Shown in pieces: positions 17,983 through 26,325 of a stretch of 31,283 nt of DNA. Within the stretch, counting starts at the first letter, position 1. Each line of letters begins with the position of its first letter. The position numbers and the translations under genes are program-made. Source of the stretch: a virus (taxonomy: Duplodnaviria; Heunggongvirae; Uroviricota; Caudoviricetes); IMG/VR virus record IMGVR_UViG_2579778786_000007; one strand, 5' to 3'. The notes below the pieces were generated by a model, which saw nothing but the letters and a program-made list of their open reading frames with translations, was not told the DNA's origin and did no database searches.

Positions 17983-18407
17983 ACCGGTTGCTGCTGGTTG
18001 TGCTGGCGTTATTACTGGCGGCGCTGGGCTGGCAGACGTGGCGGCTGGCTGATGCCAGCCAGACCATCAGCACGCAGGCAGACGAGCTGCAGAGCAAAAG
18101 CCAGGCACTGGCAAAGAGCAACAGCCAGCTTATCAGCCTGTCCATTCTGACTGAAACCAATAACCGGGAGCAGGCGCGGCTCTATGCCGAAGCAGAACAG
18201 ACCAGCGCGCTGCTGAGACAACGACAACACCGGATCGAGGAACTGAAACGTGAGAACGAGGATTTACGCCGCTGGGCTGATACTACTTTGCCTGCTGACA
18301 TTATCCGGCTGCGGGAACGTCCGGCACTCACCGGAGGTACGGCTTACCGTCAGTGGTTGTCCGCGAGTGACGCCGTGTCGGCTGGATCAGGCAACGCCGC
18401 GCACTAA
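17979..18407 (+). CDS. lysB: LysB, Rz-like inner-membrane spanin
   Basis: N-terminal TM helix then coiled-coil-like Q/E/R-rich region; start overlaps the lysA stop. Confidence 0.65.
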   Translation: MNRLLLVVLALLLAALGWQTWRLADASQTISTQADELQSKSQALAKSNSQLISLSILTETNNREQARLYAEAEQTSALLRQRQHRIEELKRENEDLRRWADTTLPADIIRLRERPALTGGTAYRQWLSASDAVSAGSGNAAH

Positions 18408-18540
18408 CGGTGATCTGAACGCGTTGCTGGATGAAACGGAGGCCGCCTGGGCGGTCTGTGCAGACAAAGTGGACATGATTATTGCGTGTCAGGAGCGAAA
18501 CAGTGAACAAACCACAATCCCTGCGCCACGCACTCAATAA
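18250..18540 (+). CDS. lysC: LysC, Rz1-like outer-membrane lipoprotein spanin, embedded out of frame in lysB
   Basis: Lipobox LTLSG|C; ORF starts inside lysB in another frame and extends past its stop. Confidence 0.6.
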   Translation: MRTRIYAAGLILLCLLTLSGCGNVRHSPEVRLTVSGCPRVTPCRLDQATPRTNGDLNALLDETEAAWAVCADKVDMIIACQERNSEQTTIPAPRTQ

Positions 18541-18934
18541 AGCAGTGCCTTATGTCCGCAATAACCCGGACAAACTGCATCTGTTTGTGGATAACGGTTC
18601 GCTGGTTGCCACGGGGGCCAGCTCCATGTCATGGGAGTACCGTTACACACTGAACGCGGTGATTGAGGATTTCAGCGGCGACCAGAATCTGCTGATGGCC
18701 CCGGTTTTGCTGTGGCTGAGGGATAACCAGCCCGATGCCATCAATAACCCGGCGTTACGGGAAAAACTATTCACCTTTGAGGTGGATATTCTGCGCAACG
18801 ATGTCTGTGATATCAGCTTGAACCTGCAACTGACGGAACGTGTGCTGGTCAGCACTGACGGCAGTGTGTCGAGCGTTGAAGCTGTAGCGGAACCCGATGA
18901 ACATGAAGAAATGTGGACGGTGAAACGTGGCTGA
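18503..18934 (+). CDS. R: Tail completion protein (P2 gpR family)
   Basis: GTG 18503 with AGGAG 7 nt upstream (the ORF track uses TTG 18482); conserved FVDNGS motif. Confidence 0.75.
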   Translation: MNKPQSLRHALNKAVPYVRNNPDKLHLFVDNGSLVATGASSMSWEYRYTLNAVIEDFSGDQNLLMAPVLLWLRDNQPDAINNPALREKLFTFEVDILRNDVCDISLNLQLTERVLVSTDGSVSSVEAVAEPDEHEEMWTVKRG

Positions 18935-19373
18935 ACTGCAGAAAGTGGACGACTGGCTGAGTGCCTTGCTGGCGAATCTGGAACCAGCCGCCAGAAGCCG
19001 CATGATGCGCCAGCTGGCGCAGGAACTGCGCCGGACACAGCAGCAGAATATCAGGATGCAGCGCAACCCTGACGGCAGCAGCTATGAACCGCGACGGGTA
19101 ACAGCACGAAGTAAAAAAGGGCGCATCAAACGTCAGATGTTTGCAAAGCTGCGCACCACAAAATACCTGAAAACCGCCGCCAGCGCGGATTCTGCCAGCG
19201 TACAGTTTGAAGGTAAGGTGCAGCGCATTGCCCGTGTTCACCATTACGGCTTGCGCGATCGCGTCAGTAGCAAAGGACCTGAGGTCCGTTACGCAGAACG
19301 CCGCCTTCTGGGTGTAAATGATGATGTTGAGGCAATGACCCGCGACATGATTCTGCAATGGCTGGCGGGGTGA
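18927..19373 (+). CDS. S: Tail completion protein (P2 gpS family)
   Basis: 148 aa; position after R; size matches P2 S. Confidence 0.8.
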   Translation: MAELQKVDDWLSALLANLEPAARSRMMRQLAQELRRTQQQNIRMQRNPDGSSYEPRRVTARSKKGRIKRQMFAKLRTTKYLKTAASADSASVQFEGKVQRIARVHHYGLRDRVSSKGPEVRYAERRLLGVNDDVEAMTRDMILQWLAG

Positions 19374-19376
19374 TCT

Positions 19377-19394
19377 TTGTATCAGCACTGATAC
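19377..19394. promoter_or_regulatory. Perfect 18-bp palindrome TGTATCAGcaCTGATACA fitting TGT-N12-ACA (late-promoter activator site for the V operon)
   Basis: Lies directly after the S stop and about 50 bp before the V start. Confidence 0.45.
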
Positions 19395-19441
19395 AAGTTG
19401 CAGCACTGCCGCCTTTCTTCCCCTGATGGCAACCTTTCCCT

Positions 19442-20020
19442 ATGAACGCACAATTAACCGAAATCATGCGCCTTATCACCAACCTGATCCGCACAGGTGT
19501 AGTCACCGAAGTGGACAGGGCAAACTGGCTGTGTCGGGTGAAAACTGGCGACCTCGAAACCAACTGGATTAACTGGCTGACACTGCGCGCGGGCAAATCG
19601 CGCACCTGGTGGAAACCGTCTGTGGGTGAGCAGGTTGTGCTGTTCAGTCTTGGCGGCAATCTGGAAACCGCGTTTGCCCTGCCTGCGGTCTACTCAAACC
19701 AGTTTCCGCCACCTTCAGGCTCTGAGGACGGCAACGTGACGGAATACCCGGACGGCGGCTGGTTTGAATACGAACCCGCCACCGGGCGCTGGTATGTCAG
19801 GGGCATCAAATCAATGGTCATTGAGGCCGCTGACAACATCACCATGAAAACCAGTGAGTTTGTACTGGAGGCTGACCGCACGCGCATTAACAGCGAAGTG
19901 GTGATCAATGGTGGCGTTACCCAGGGCGGCGGAGCGATGAGTTCTAACGGGATCGTGGTTGATGCGCATCAGCATACTGGCGTCCTGAAAGGCGGCGATA
20001 CAACCGGAGGCCCGGTATGA
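19442..20020 (+). CDS. V: Baseplate spike/assembly protein (P2 gpV family)
   Basis: 192 aa with conserved gpV blocks (RTWWKPSVGEQV..., SSNGIVVDAHQHTG). Confidence 0.85.
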   Translation: MNAQLTEIMRLITNLIRTGVVTEVDRANWLCRVKTGDLETNWINWLTLRAGKSRTWWKPSVGEQVVLFSLGGNLETAFALPAVYSNQFPPPSGSEDGNVTEYPDGGWFEYEPATGRWYVRGIKSMVIEAADNITMKTSEFVLEADRTRINSEVVINGGVTQGGGAMSSNGIVVDAHQHTGVLKGGDTTGGPV

Positions 20021-20376
20021 CGCTTTATATCGGGATGAACAATACCAGCGGTAAAGCCATTACTGATATTGACCATCTGCGTCAGTCGGTGCGGGACATT
20101 CTACTGACACCGCAGGGTAGCCGCATTGCCCGTCGTGAATATGGTTCCCTGCTGTCGACACTGATAGACCAGCCACAAAATCCGGCATTACGCCTGCAGG
20201 TCATGTCGGCAGTGTATGTGGCGCTGAGTCGCTGGGAGCCACGGCTGACGCTGGATTCCATCACCATTAAAAGCAATTTTGACGGTTCAATGGTGGTGGG
20301 GCTGACCGGGCGGCGTAATAACGGTGTGCCTGTTTCCCTTTCCGTATCAACAGGAGCAGAGAATGGCAGTGATTGA
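20017..20376 (+). CDS. W: Baseplate protein (P2 gpW / gp25-like)
   Basis: 119 aa; start overlaps the V stop. Confidence 0.85.
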   Translation: MTLYIGMNNTSGKAITDIDHLRQSVRDILLTPQGSRIARREYGSLLSTLIDQPQNPALRLQVMSAVYVALSRWEPRLTLDSITIKSNFDGSMVVGLTGRRNNGVPVSLSVSTGAENGSD

Positions 20377-21271
20377 CCTTTCGCAGTTGCCTGCGCCGCA
20401 GATTGTCGATGTGCCGGACTTTGAGACGCTGCTTGCCGAACGCAAGGCCGAATTTGTTGCGCTTCATCCGAAAGATGAGCAGGAAGCCGTGATCCGCACG
20501 CTGGAACTGGAATCTGAACCCGTCACCAAATTGCTGCAGGAGAACGCTTACCGTGAGTTGCTTCTGCGCCAGCGCATTAACGAAGCCGCGCAGGCTGTGA
20601 TGGTGGCTTACGCGATGGGCGGCGATCTTGACCAGCTCGCTGCCAACTACAACGTGAAACGCCTGACGGTGACGCCTGCTGATAATGACGCTGTGCCACC
20701 CGTTGCGGCTGTGATGGAAAGCGATGAAGCGTTACGCCTGCGTGTGCCCGCAGCCTTTGAAGGGCTTTCTGTTGCGGGGCCAACTGCCGCTTATGAATTT
20801 CATGCCCGAAGCGCCGACGGTCGGGTGGCGGATGCCAGTGCAACCAGTCCGGCACCTGCAGAGGTGGTACTGACTGTCCTGAGTCGTGAAGGCGACGGAA
20901 CAGCAGAAAAAGACTTGCTGGATGTGGTGGAGAAAGCCCTGAACAGTGAGAACGTCCGCCCGGTGGCTGACCGTCTTACGGTTCGCAGCGCAGAAATCAT
21001 TCCGTATCGCGTGGAAGCCACCATTTTTCTCTATCCGGGACCGGAAGCAGAGCCGGTAATGGCAGCGGCAAAAGCCAGTCTGCAGAAGTACATTGCCAGC
21101 CAGACGAGGCTTGGTCGGGATATTCGCCGTAGCGCCATCTTTGCTGCCCTGCATGTTGAGGGTGTTCAACGTGTGGAACTGGCTTCTCCGCTGGCGGATG
21201 TGGTCCTGAACAAAACACAGGCGGCATCATGTACGCAGTGGAGCGTAACCAACGGAGGAACGGATGAATAG
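20363..21271 (+). CDS. J: Baseplate assembly protein (P2 gpJ family)
   Basis: ATG 20363 with AGGAG upstream; 302 aa, the same length as P2 J. Confidence 0.85.
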   Translation: MAVIDLSQLPAPQIVDVPDFETLLAERKAEFVALHPKDEQEAVIRTLELESEPVTKLLQENAYRELLLRQRINEAAQAVMVAYAMGGDLDQLAANYNVKRLTVTPADNDAVPPVAAVMESDEALRLRVPAAFEGLSVAGPTAAYEFHARSADGRVADASATSPAPAEVVLTVLSREGDGTAEKDLLDVVEKALNSENVRPVADRLTVRSAEIIPYRVEATIFLYPGPEAEPVMAAAKASLQKYIASQTRLGRDIRRSAIFAALHVEGVQRVELASPLADVVLNKTQAASCTQWSVTNGGTDE

Positions 21272-21869
21272 TCTGCTGCCACCGGGCTCAACTTCACTGG
21301 AGCGCCGACTGGCGCAAACCTGTAGCGGGATTTCTGATTTGCAGGTGCCGCTGCGTGACTTGTGGAATCCGGCTACCTGTCCGGTCAGTTTCCTGCCTTA
21401 TCTCGCCTGGGCGTTCTCTGTGGATCGCTGGGACGAGGGCTGGACAGAAAGCGTCAAGCGCCAGGTGGTGAAGGATGCTTTTTATATTCATCAGCATAAA
21501 GGGACCACCAGTGCCGTGCGGCGGGTGGTGGAGCCGTTCGGCTTTCTGATCCGCATTATTGAGTGGTGGCAGACCGGAGAAACACCCGGCACGTTTCGCC
21601 TGGATATCGGCGTGCAGGACCAGGGCATCACTGAAGATACCTATCTGGAACTTGAGAGGCTGATAAGCGATGCCAAACCATGTAGTCGTCACATGATCGG
21701 CATGTCCATCAATCTGCAGACCAGCGGCCCGTATTGGTTGGGGGCAGCCAGTTATCTTGGTGAAGAAATCACGATCTTTCCGTATATCAACGAAACAATT
21801 ATTTCCGGCGGCACCGCGCATGAAGGCGGGGCGGTCCATGTTATTGACACAATGAGAGTGAATCCATGA
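21264..21869 (+). CDS. I: Baseplate protein (P2 gpI family)
   Basis: 201 aa; start overlaps the J end. Confidence 0.8.
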   Translation: MNSLLPPGSTSLERRLAQTCSGISDLQVPLRDLWNPATCPVSFLPYLAWAFSVDRWDEGWTESVKRQVVKDAFYIHQHKGTTSAVRRVVEPFGFLIRIIEWWQTGETPGTFRLDIGVQDQGITEDTYLELERLISDAKPCSRHMIGMSINLQTSGPYWLGAASYLGEEITIFPYINETIISGGTAHEGGAVHVIDTMRVNP

Positions 21870-23617
21870 GCACAAAATTTTATACCCTGCTGACGGATAT
21901 TGGCGCGGCGAAACTTGCCAGCGCCGCCGCGCTCGGTGTGCCGTTAAAAATTACCCATATGGCGGTCGGCGATGGCGGCGGAACATTACCAACGCCGGAC
22001 GCAAAGCAGACAGCACTGGTAAATGAGAAACGCCGGGCTGCGCTGAATATGCTCTATATCGACCCGCAGAACAGCAGCCAGATTATTGCTGAACAGGTGA
22101 TCCCTGAAAACGAGGGCGGTTGGTGGATACGTGAAGTGGGCCTGTTTGATGAGTCCGGGGCATTGATTGCCGTGGGCAACTGCCCGGAAAGCTATAAGCC
22201 GCAACTGGCTGAAGGCAGCGGGCGTACCCAGACCGTGCGTATGGTGTTGATTACCAGCAGCACGGACAATATCACCCTGAAAATCGACCCTGCCGTAGTG
22301 CTGGCAACCCGCAAGTATGTGGATGACAAAATATCAGAGCACGAACAGTCACGACGTCACCCGGACGCCTCGCTGACCGCAAAGGGTTTTACTCAGTTAA
22401 GCAGTGCGACCAACAGTGAATCCGAAATACTGGCCGCAACACCGAAGGCTGTGAAGGCTGCATATGATCTTGCAGCAGGTAAAGCATCCGCCAGTCACAC
22501 ACACCCGTGGAATCAGATAACGGATGTGCCTGCAGCTTCACTGACGGTAAAAGGCACCGTGCAACTCAGCAGCGCCACTAACAGCACGTCAGAAACGCAG
22601 GCTGCCACACCAAAGGCAGTGAAGGCGGCATATGACCTTGCAGCAGGTAAGGCACCTGTCAGTCACACGCACCCGTGGAGCCAGATAACAGATGTGCCTG
22701 CAGCTTCACTGACGGTAAAAGGCACCGTGCAACTCAGCAGCGCTACTAACAGCACGTCAGAAACGCAGGCTGCCACACCAAAAGCCGTGAAGGCTGTATA
22801 TGACCTTGCCAATGGAAAACAACCTGCCGACGCCACACTGACCGCACTGGCAGGCCTTGCCACTGCGGCAGACAAACTTCCGTATTTTACGGGGAATGAT
22901 ACAGCCAGCCTGACAACCCTGACTAACGTTGGACGGAATATTCTGGATAAAGCAAGCACACAGGCGGTTATTCAATATCTTGGTCTGAGCGATGCAAGTG
23001 GATACGTTGGACGCTGGCTGAATACCCGGGTTTTCACGTCATCAGGTACGTACACCCCGACGCCAGGAACAAAACGGATCAGGGTCACAATAACGGGCGG
23101 CGGTGGCGGAGGGGGCGGCTGCAAGGCTATATCCAATAATGAAACGTTTTTCGGTGCTGGCGGCGGGGCAGGTGGGACAGTAATCACCACGCTGATCCTG
23201 ACGAAGGATAGTTATCCTGTCACTATCGGCGCAGGTGGGGCCGGCGGCGTTAGTGCGACGAACGGCCTCAAGGGCGGTGATAGCTCGTTCGGATCGGTAA
23301 TAGCCCCTGGTGGTGAAGGTGGTGGAAAATCAGGAGTCACAAACACGAACGGTGGTAACGGCGGTGTGCCAAGTACTGGCGGTATCAACATCATTGGTGG
23401 AAATGGAGGCGACGGTCAGTCCGGAAATATCGGCGTCAGCGGTGAAGGCGGAACATCGCACTGGGGTGGCGGTGGACGCGCAGGCGCTGGCGGTGGTGTT
23501 AGTGGTAAGGCATATGGTTCAGGTGGCGGTGGCGCATACGATGCCGGTTATAGCGGAACCAGTATGACAGGCGGGAAAGGTGCCGCTGGGATTTGTATTA
23601 TCGAGGAGTTTGCATAA
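21866..23617 (+). CDS. H: Tail fibre protein (P2 gpH family) with internal tandem repeats and a Gly-rich C-terminal domain
   Basis: 583 aa; conserved N-terminus (MSTKFYTLLTDIGAAKLA); repeated LSSATNSTSE..AATPKAVKAAYDLA units; C-terminal 170 aa is Gly-rich. Confidence 0.85.
   Translation: MSTKFYTLLTDIGAAKLASAAALGVPLKITHMAVGDGGGTLPTPDAKQTALVNEKRRAALNMLYIDPQNSSQIIAEQVIPENEGGWWIREVGLFDESGALIAVGNCPESYKPQLAEGSGRTQTVRMVLITSSTDNITLKIDPAVVLATRKYVDDKISEHEQSRRHPDASLTAKGFTQLSSATNSESEILAATPKAVKAAYDLAAGKASASHTHPWNQITDVPAASLTVKGTVQLSSATNSTSETQAATPKAVKAAYDLAAGKAPVSHTHPWSQITDVPAASLTVKGTVQLSSATNSTSETQAATPKAVKAVYDLANGKQPADATLTALAGLATAADKLPYFTGNDTASLTTLTNVGRNILDKASTQAVIQYLGLSDASGYVGRWLNTRVFTSSGTYTPTPGTKRIRVTITGGGGGGGGCKAISNNETFFGAGGGAGGTVITTLILTKDSYPVTIGAGGAGGVSATNGLKGGDSSFGSVIAPGGEGGGKSGVTNTNGGNGGVPSTGGINIIGGNGGDGQSGNIGVSGEGGTSHWGGGGRAGAGGGVSGKAYGSGGGGAYDAGYSGTSMTGGKGAAGICIIEEFA
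22355..22810 (+). repeat. About 2.7 copies of a 168-bp (56-aa) tandem repeat inside the tail-fibre gene
   Basis: Copy starts at 22523 and 22691 are nearly identical at DNA level; the copy from about 22355 is more diverged. Confidence 0.8.
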
Positions 23618-24030
23618 TGAATGCGTCATATGCAGTTATTGAAAATGGGATGGTTGTGAATGTCATTGTCTGGGATGGCGAGGCTGAATTCACAGTGCCG
23701 GATAATCAGCAGCTCATTAATATTTCTGATATCAGTGAGCAGCCCGGAATCGGCTGGGTTTATTCAGACGGGGGATTTACTGCACCACCCACCCAGGAAC
23801 GTTCTCATGATGAACTGGTAGCTGACGCTGAACAGAAAAAACAGTCGCTGTTAGACGCAGCAATGGCCAATATCAGCGTGATTCAGTTAAAGCTGCAGGC
23901 CGGGCGCAAACTGACGCAAGAGGAAACTACCCGACTTAACGTTGTGCTGGATTATATCGAGGCTGTGACGGCAACAGATACCAGCACCGCACCTGATATC
24001 ATTTGGCCTGTTTTCCCTGCAAGCAGATAA
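23617..24030 (+). CDS. G: Tail fibre assembly chaperone (P2 gpG / Tfa family)
   Basis: ATG 23617 overlapping the H stop; C-terminal ...PDIIWPVFP motif typical of Tfa proteins. Confidence 0.7.
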   Translation: MNASYAVIENGMVVNVIVWDGEAEFTVPDNQQLINISDISEQPGIGWVYSDGGFTAPPTQERSHDELVADAEQKKQSLLDAAMANISVIQLKLQAGRKLTQEETTRLNVVLDYIEAVTATDTSTAPDIIWPVFPASR

Positions 24031-24042
24031 ATACCGTCATTT

Positions 24043-24060
24043 TGTGTGAATAACGGTACA
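24043..24060. promoter_or_regulatory. TGT-N12-ACA dyad (late-promoter activator site for the FI operon)
   Basis: TGTgtgaataacggtACA, about 80-95 bp upstream of the FI start in the G/FI intergenic region. Confidence 0.45.
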
Positions 24061-24136
24061 ACTGCGCTTAGCTGCTTGTCAGACACAATCACTTCAACAT
24101 AGGGCGAAGCCTAATCCAATCAGGAGGTTCGCCACT

Positions 24137-25309
24137 ATGGCTCAGGATTACCACCACGGAGTGCGCGTTGTTGAAGTCAACGAAGGCACTCGATCCATTA
24201 CTACGGTGAGCACCGCCATCGTGGGCATGGTCTGCACGGGCGATGATGCCGATGCAAAAATGTTCCCTCTTAATAAACCCGTGCTGATCACTGATGTGCT
24301 TACTGCCAGCGGTAAAGCGGGTGAGTCAGGTACGCTGGCCCGTTCGCTGGATGCCATCGCTGACCAGGCAAAACCCGTGACCGTTGTTGTGCGTGTGCCG
24401 CAGGGTGAAACGGAAGAAGAAACCACGACCAATATCATCGGCGCAGTGACTGCTGAAGGTAAAAAAACTGGTATGAAAGCCCTGTTATCTGCCCAGTCAC
24501 AGCTCGGTGTTAAACCGCGCATTCTCGGCGTGCCGGGGCACGATAACAAAGCCGTTGCTACTGAGTTGCTGGGCGTGGCGCAAAGCCTGCGTGGGTTTGC
24601 TTACCTGTCAGCGTATGGTTGCAAGACGGTGCAGGAAGCAATCACTTACCGTAAAAACTTCAGCCAGCGTGAAGGGATGCTGATCTGGCCCGACTTTACT
24701 GGCTGGGACACGGTGCTGAATGCCGAAGCAACGGCATATGCCACCGCCCGTGCGCTTGGTCTGCGCGCCAAAATTGATGAGCAGACCGGATGGCACAAAA
24801 GCCTGTCCAACGTGGGCGTGAACGGTGTCACCGGAATTTCTGCTGATGTATTCTGGGATCTGCAGGACCCGGCAACTGATGCGGGACTGCTTAACCAGAA
24901 CGATGTTACCACACTTATCCGCAAAGACGGCTTTCGCTTCTGGGGTTCCCGCTGTCTGAGTGATGACCCACTCTTTGCCTTTGAAAACTACACCCGCACG
25001 GCGCAGGTGCTGATGGACACGATGGCAGAAGCGCCAATGTGGGCGGTCGACAAACCGCTGAATCCGTCGCTGGCCCGCGACATTATCGAAGGTATCCGCG
25101 CCAAAATGCGCAGCCTGATCAGTCAGGGCTATCTCATTGGTGGCGATTGCTGGCTGGATGAGTCGGTGAACGACAAAGACACTCTGAAAGCTGGAAAACT
25201 CACCATCGACTACGACTACACACCAGTGCCGCCACTTGAAAACCTGATGCTGCGTCAGCGCATCACCGATCAGTACCTGGTGAATTTCGCCAGCCAGGTC
25301 AGCGCGTAA
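24137..25309 (+). CDS. FI: Contractile tail sheath protein (P2 gpFI family)
   Basis: 390 aa; AGGAGG RBS; size matches P2 FI. Confidence 0.9.
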   Translation: MAQDYHHGVRVVEVNEGTRSITTVSTAIVGMVCTGDDADAKMFPLNKPVLITDVLTASGKAGESGTLARSLDAIADQAKPVTVVVRVPQGETEEETTTNIIGAVTAEGKKTGMKALLSAQSQLGVKPRILGVPGHDNKAVATELLGVAQSLRGFAYLSAYGCKTVQEAITYRKNFSQREGMLIWPDFTGWDTVLNAEATAYATARALGLRAKIDEQTGWHKSLSNVGVNGVTGISADVFWDLQDPATDAGLLNQNDVTTLIRKDGFRFWGSRCLSDDPLFAFENYTRTAQVLMDTMAEAPMWAVDKPLNPSLARDIIEGIRAKMRSLISQGYLIGGDCWLDESVNDKDTLKAGKLTIDYDYTPVPPLENLMLRQRITDQYLVNFASQVSA

Positions 25310-25318
25310 GGGGACAAC

Positions 25319-25834
25319 ATGGCTTTACCACGCAAATTAAAACACCTGAACCTGTTTAACGACGGGAACAACTGGCAGGGGATCGTTGAGTCGCTGACGC
25401 TGCCGAAATTCACCCGCAAATATGAGAAGTATCGCGGCGGCGGAATGCCGGGAGCAGTGGATGTGGATCTGGGGCTTGATGACAGTGCGCTGGACACAGA
25501 ATTTTCCATTGGTGGTACTGAACTGCTGCTGTTTAAGCAGATGGGCAAAGCCACGGTGGATGGCATCCAGTTGCGCTTTACCGGCTCTATCCAGCGTGAT
25601 GATACCGGGGAAGTGCAGGCCGTGGAGCTTGTGGTGCGTGGACGTCACAAAGAAGTGGATTCCGGCGAGTGGAAGACGGGCGAAAGCAACACCACCAAAG
25701 TGACCAGTACCAACAGCTACGCGAAGCTGACTATCAATGGTGAGGTGCTCTATGAAGTGGACCTTATCAACATGGTGGAAATTGTGGACGGTGTGGACCT
25801 GATGGAAGCGCACCGCAACGCCCTCGGCCTCTGA
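25319..25834 (+). CDS. FII: Tail tube protein (P2 gpFII family)
   Basis: 171 aa; follows the sheath gene. Confidence 0.9.
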   Translation: MALPRKLKHLNLFNDGNNWQGIVESLTLPKFTRKYEKYRGGGMPGAVDVDLGLDDSALDTEFSIGGTELLLFKQMGKATVDGIQLRFTGSIQRDDTGEVQAVELVVRGRHKEVDSGEWKTGESNTTKVTSTNSYAKLTINGEVLYEVDLINMVEIVDGVDLMEAHRNALGL

Positions 25835-25888
25835 TGTATCTGAACGGCGCGGAATGCCGCGCCAGAACCTAATTTACAGGACAGCAAA

Positions 25889-26191
25889 ATGAGCGATAAG
25901 CAGACTGAAAAGACCATTCAACTGGATACCCCCATCATGCGTGGTAAAACTGAAATCACCGAAATTGTGCTGCGTAAACCGCAGTCCGGTGCGCTGCGCG
26001 GTACACGCCTGCAGGCCATTATGGATATGGATGTGAACGCGATGATGACCGTGATCCCCCGCATCTCCAGCCCGGCGCTGACTGCACAGGAAATTGCAGA
26101 GATGGACCCGGCAGATCTCACTGCCATGTCGGTTGAGGTTGTCACTTTTTTGTTGAAGAAGTCGGTGCTTGCCGGTTTACCGACAGCCTGA
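25889..26191 (+). CDS. E: Tail assembly chaperone (P2 gpE family)
   Basis: 100 aa upstream of the tape measure gene; contains the slippery site near its 3' end. Confidence 0.85.
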   Translation: MSDKQTEKTIQLDTPIMRGKTEITEIVLRKPQSGALRGTRLQAIMDMDVNAMMTVIPRISSPALTAQEIAEMDPADLTAMSVEVVTFLLKKSVLAGLPTA

Positions 26192-26325
26192 CGGTTGATG
26201 ATCTGGTGGCAGATATCGCCACCATTTTTCACTGGCCGCCATCCGTTACTGACGTTATGCCGCTGACCGAAGTGCTGGAATGGCGGTATAAAGCGATTCA
26301 GAGAAGCGGGGCCAACGATGAGTGA
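25889..26325 (+). CDS. E+E' fusion produced by programmed -1 ribosomal frameshift
   Basis: Hand translation of the -1 frame from 26152 runs open to TGA 26323-26325 and gives ...ADIATIFHWPPSVTDVMPLTEVLEWRYKAIQRSGANDE, resembling P2 E'. Confidence 0.75.
26146..26152 (+). other. Slippery heptamer T TTT TTG for -1 frameshifting in E
   Basis: T.TTT.TTG in the E reading frame (codons TTT 26147-26149, TTG 26150-26152). Confidence 0.7.

Noticed and set aside
22355-22810. Tandem repeats as a possible CRISPR array or other non-coding repeat
   Set aside because: Repeats are 168 bp, in frame, and encode the tail-fibre repeat motif; there is no spacer/repeat architecture.
22972-23394. Minus-strand poly-Pro ORFs (PPAPPPAP...)
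   Set aside because: Reverse complement of the Gly-rich (GGN) C-terminal coding region of tail fibre gene H.
24031-24136. Possible cargo at the G/FI junction (the P2 Z/fun variable site)
   Set aside because: Only about 106 bp of intergenic sequence carrying a late-promoter dyad; no ORF, so this hotspot is unoccupied.
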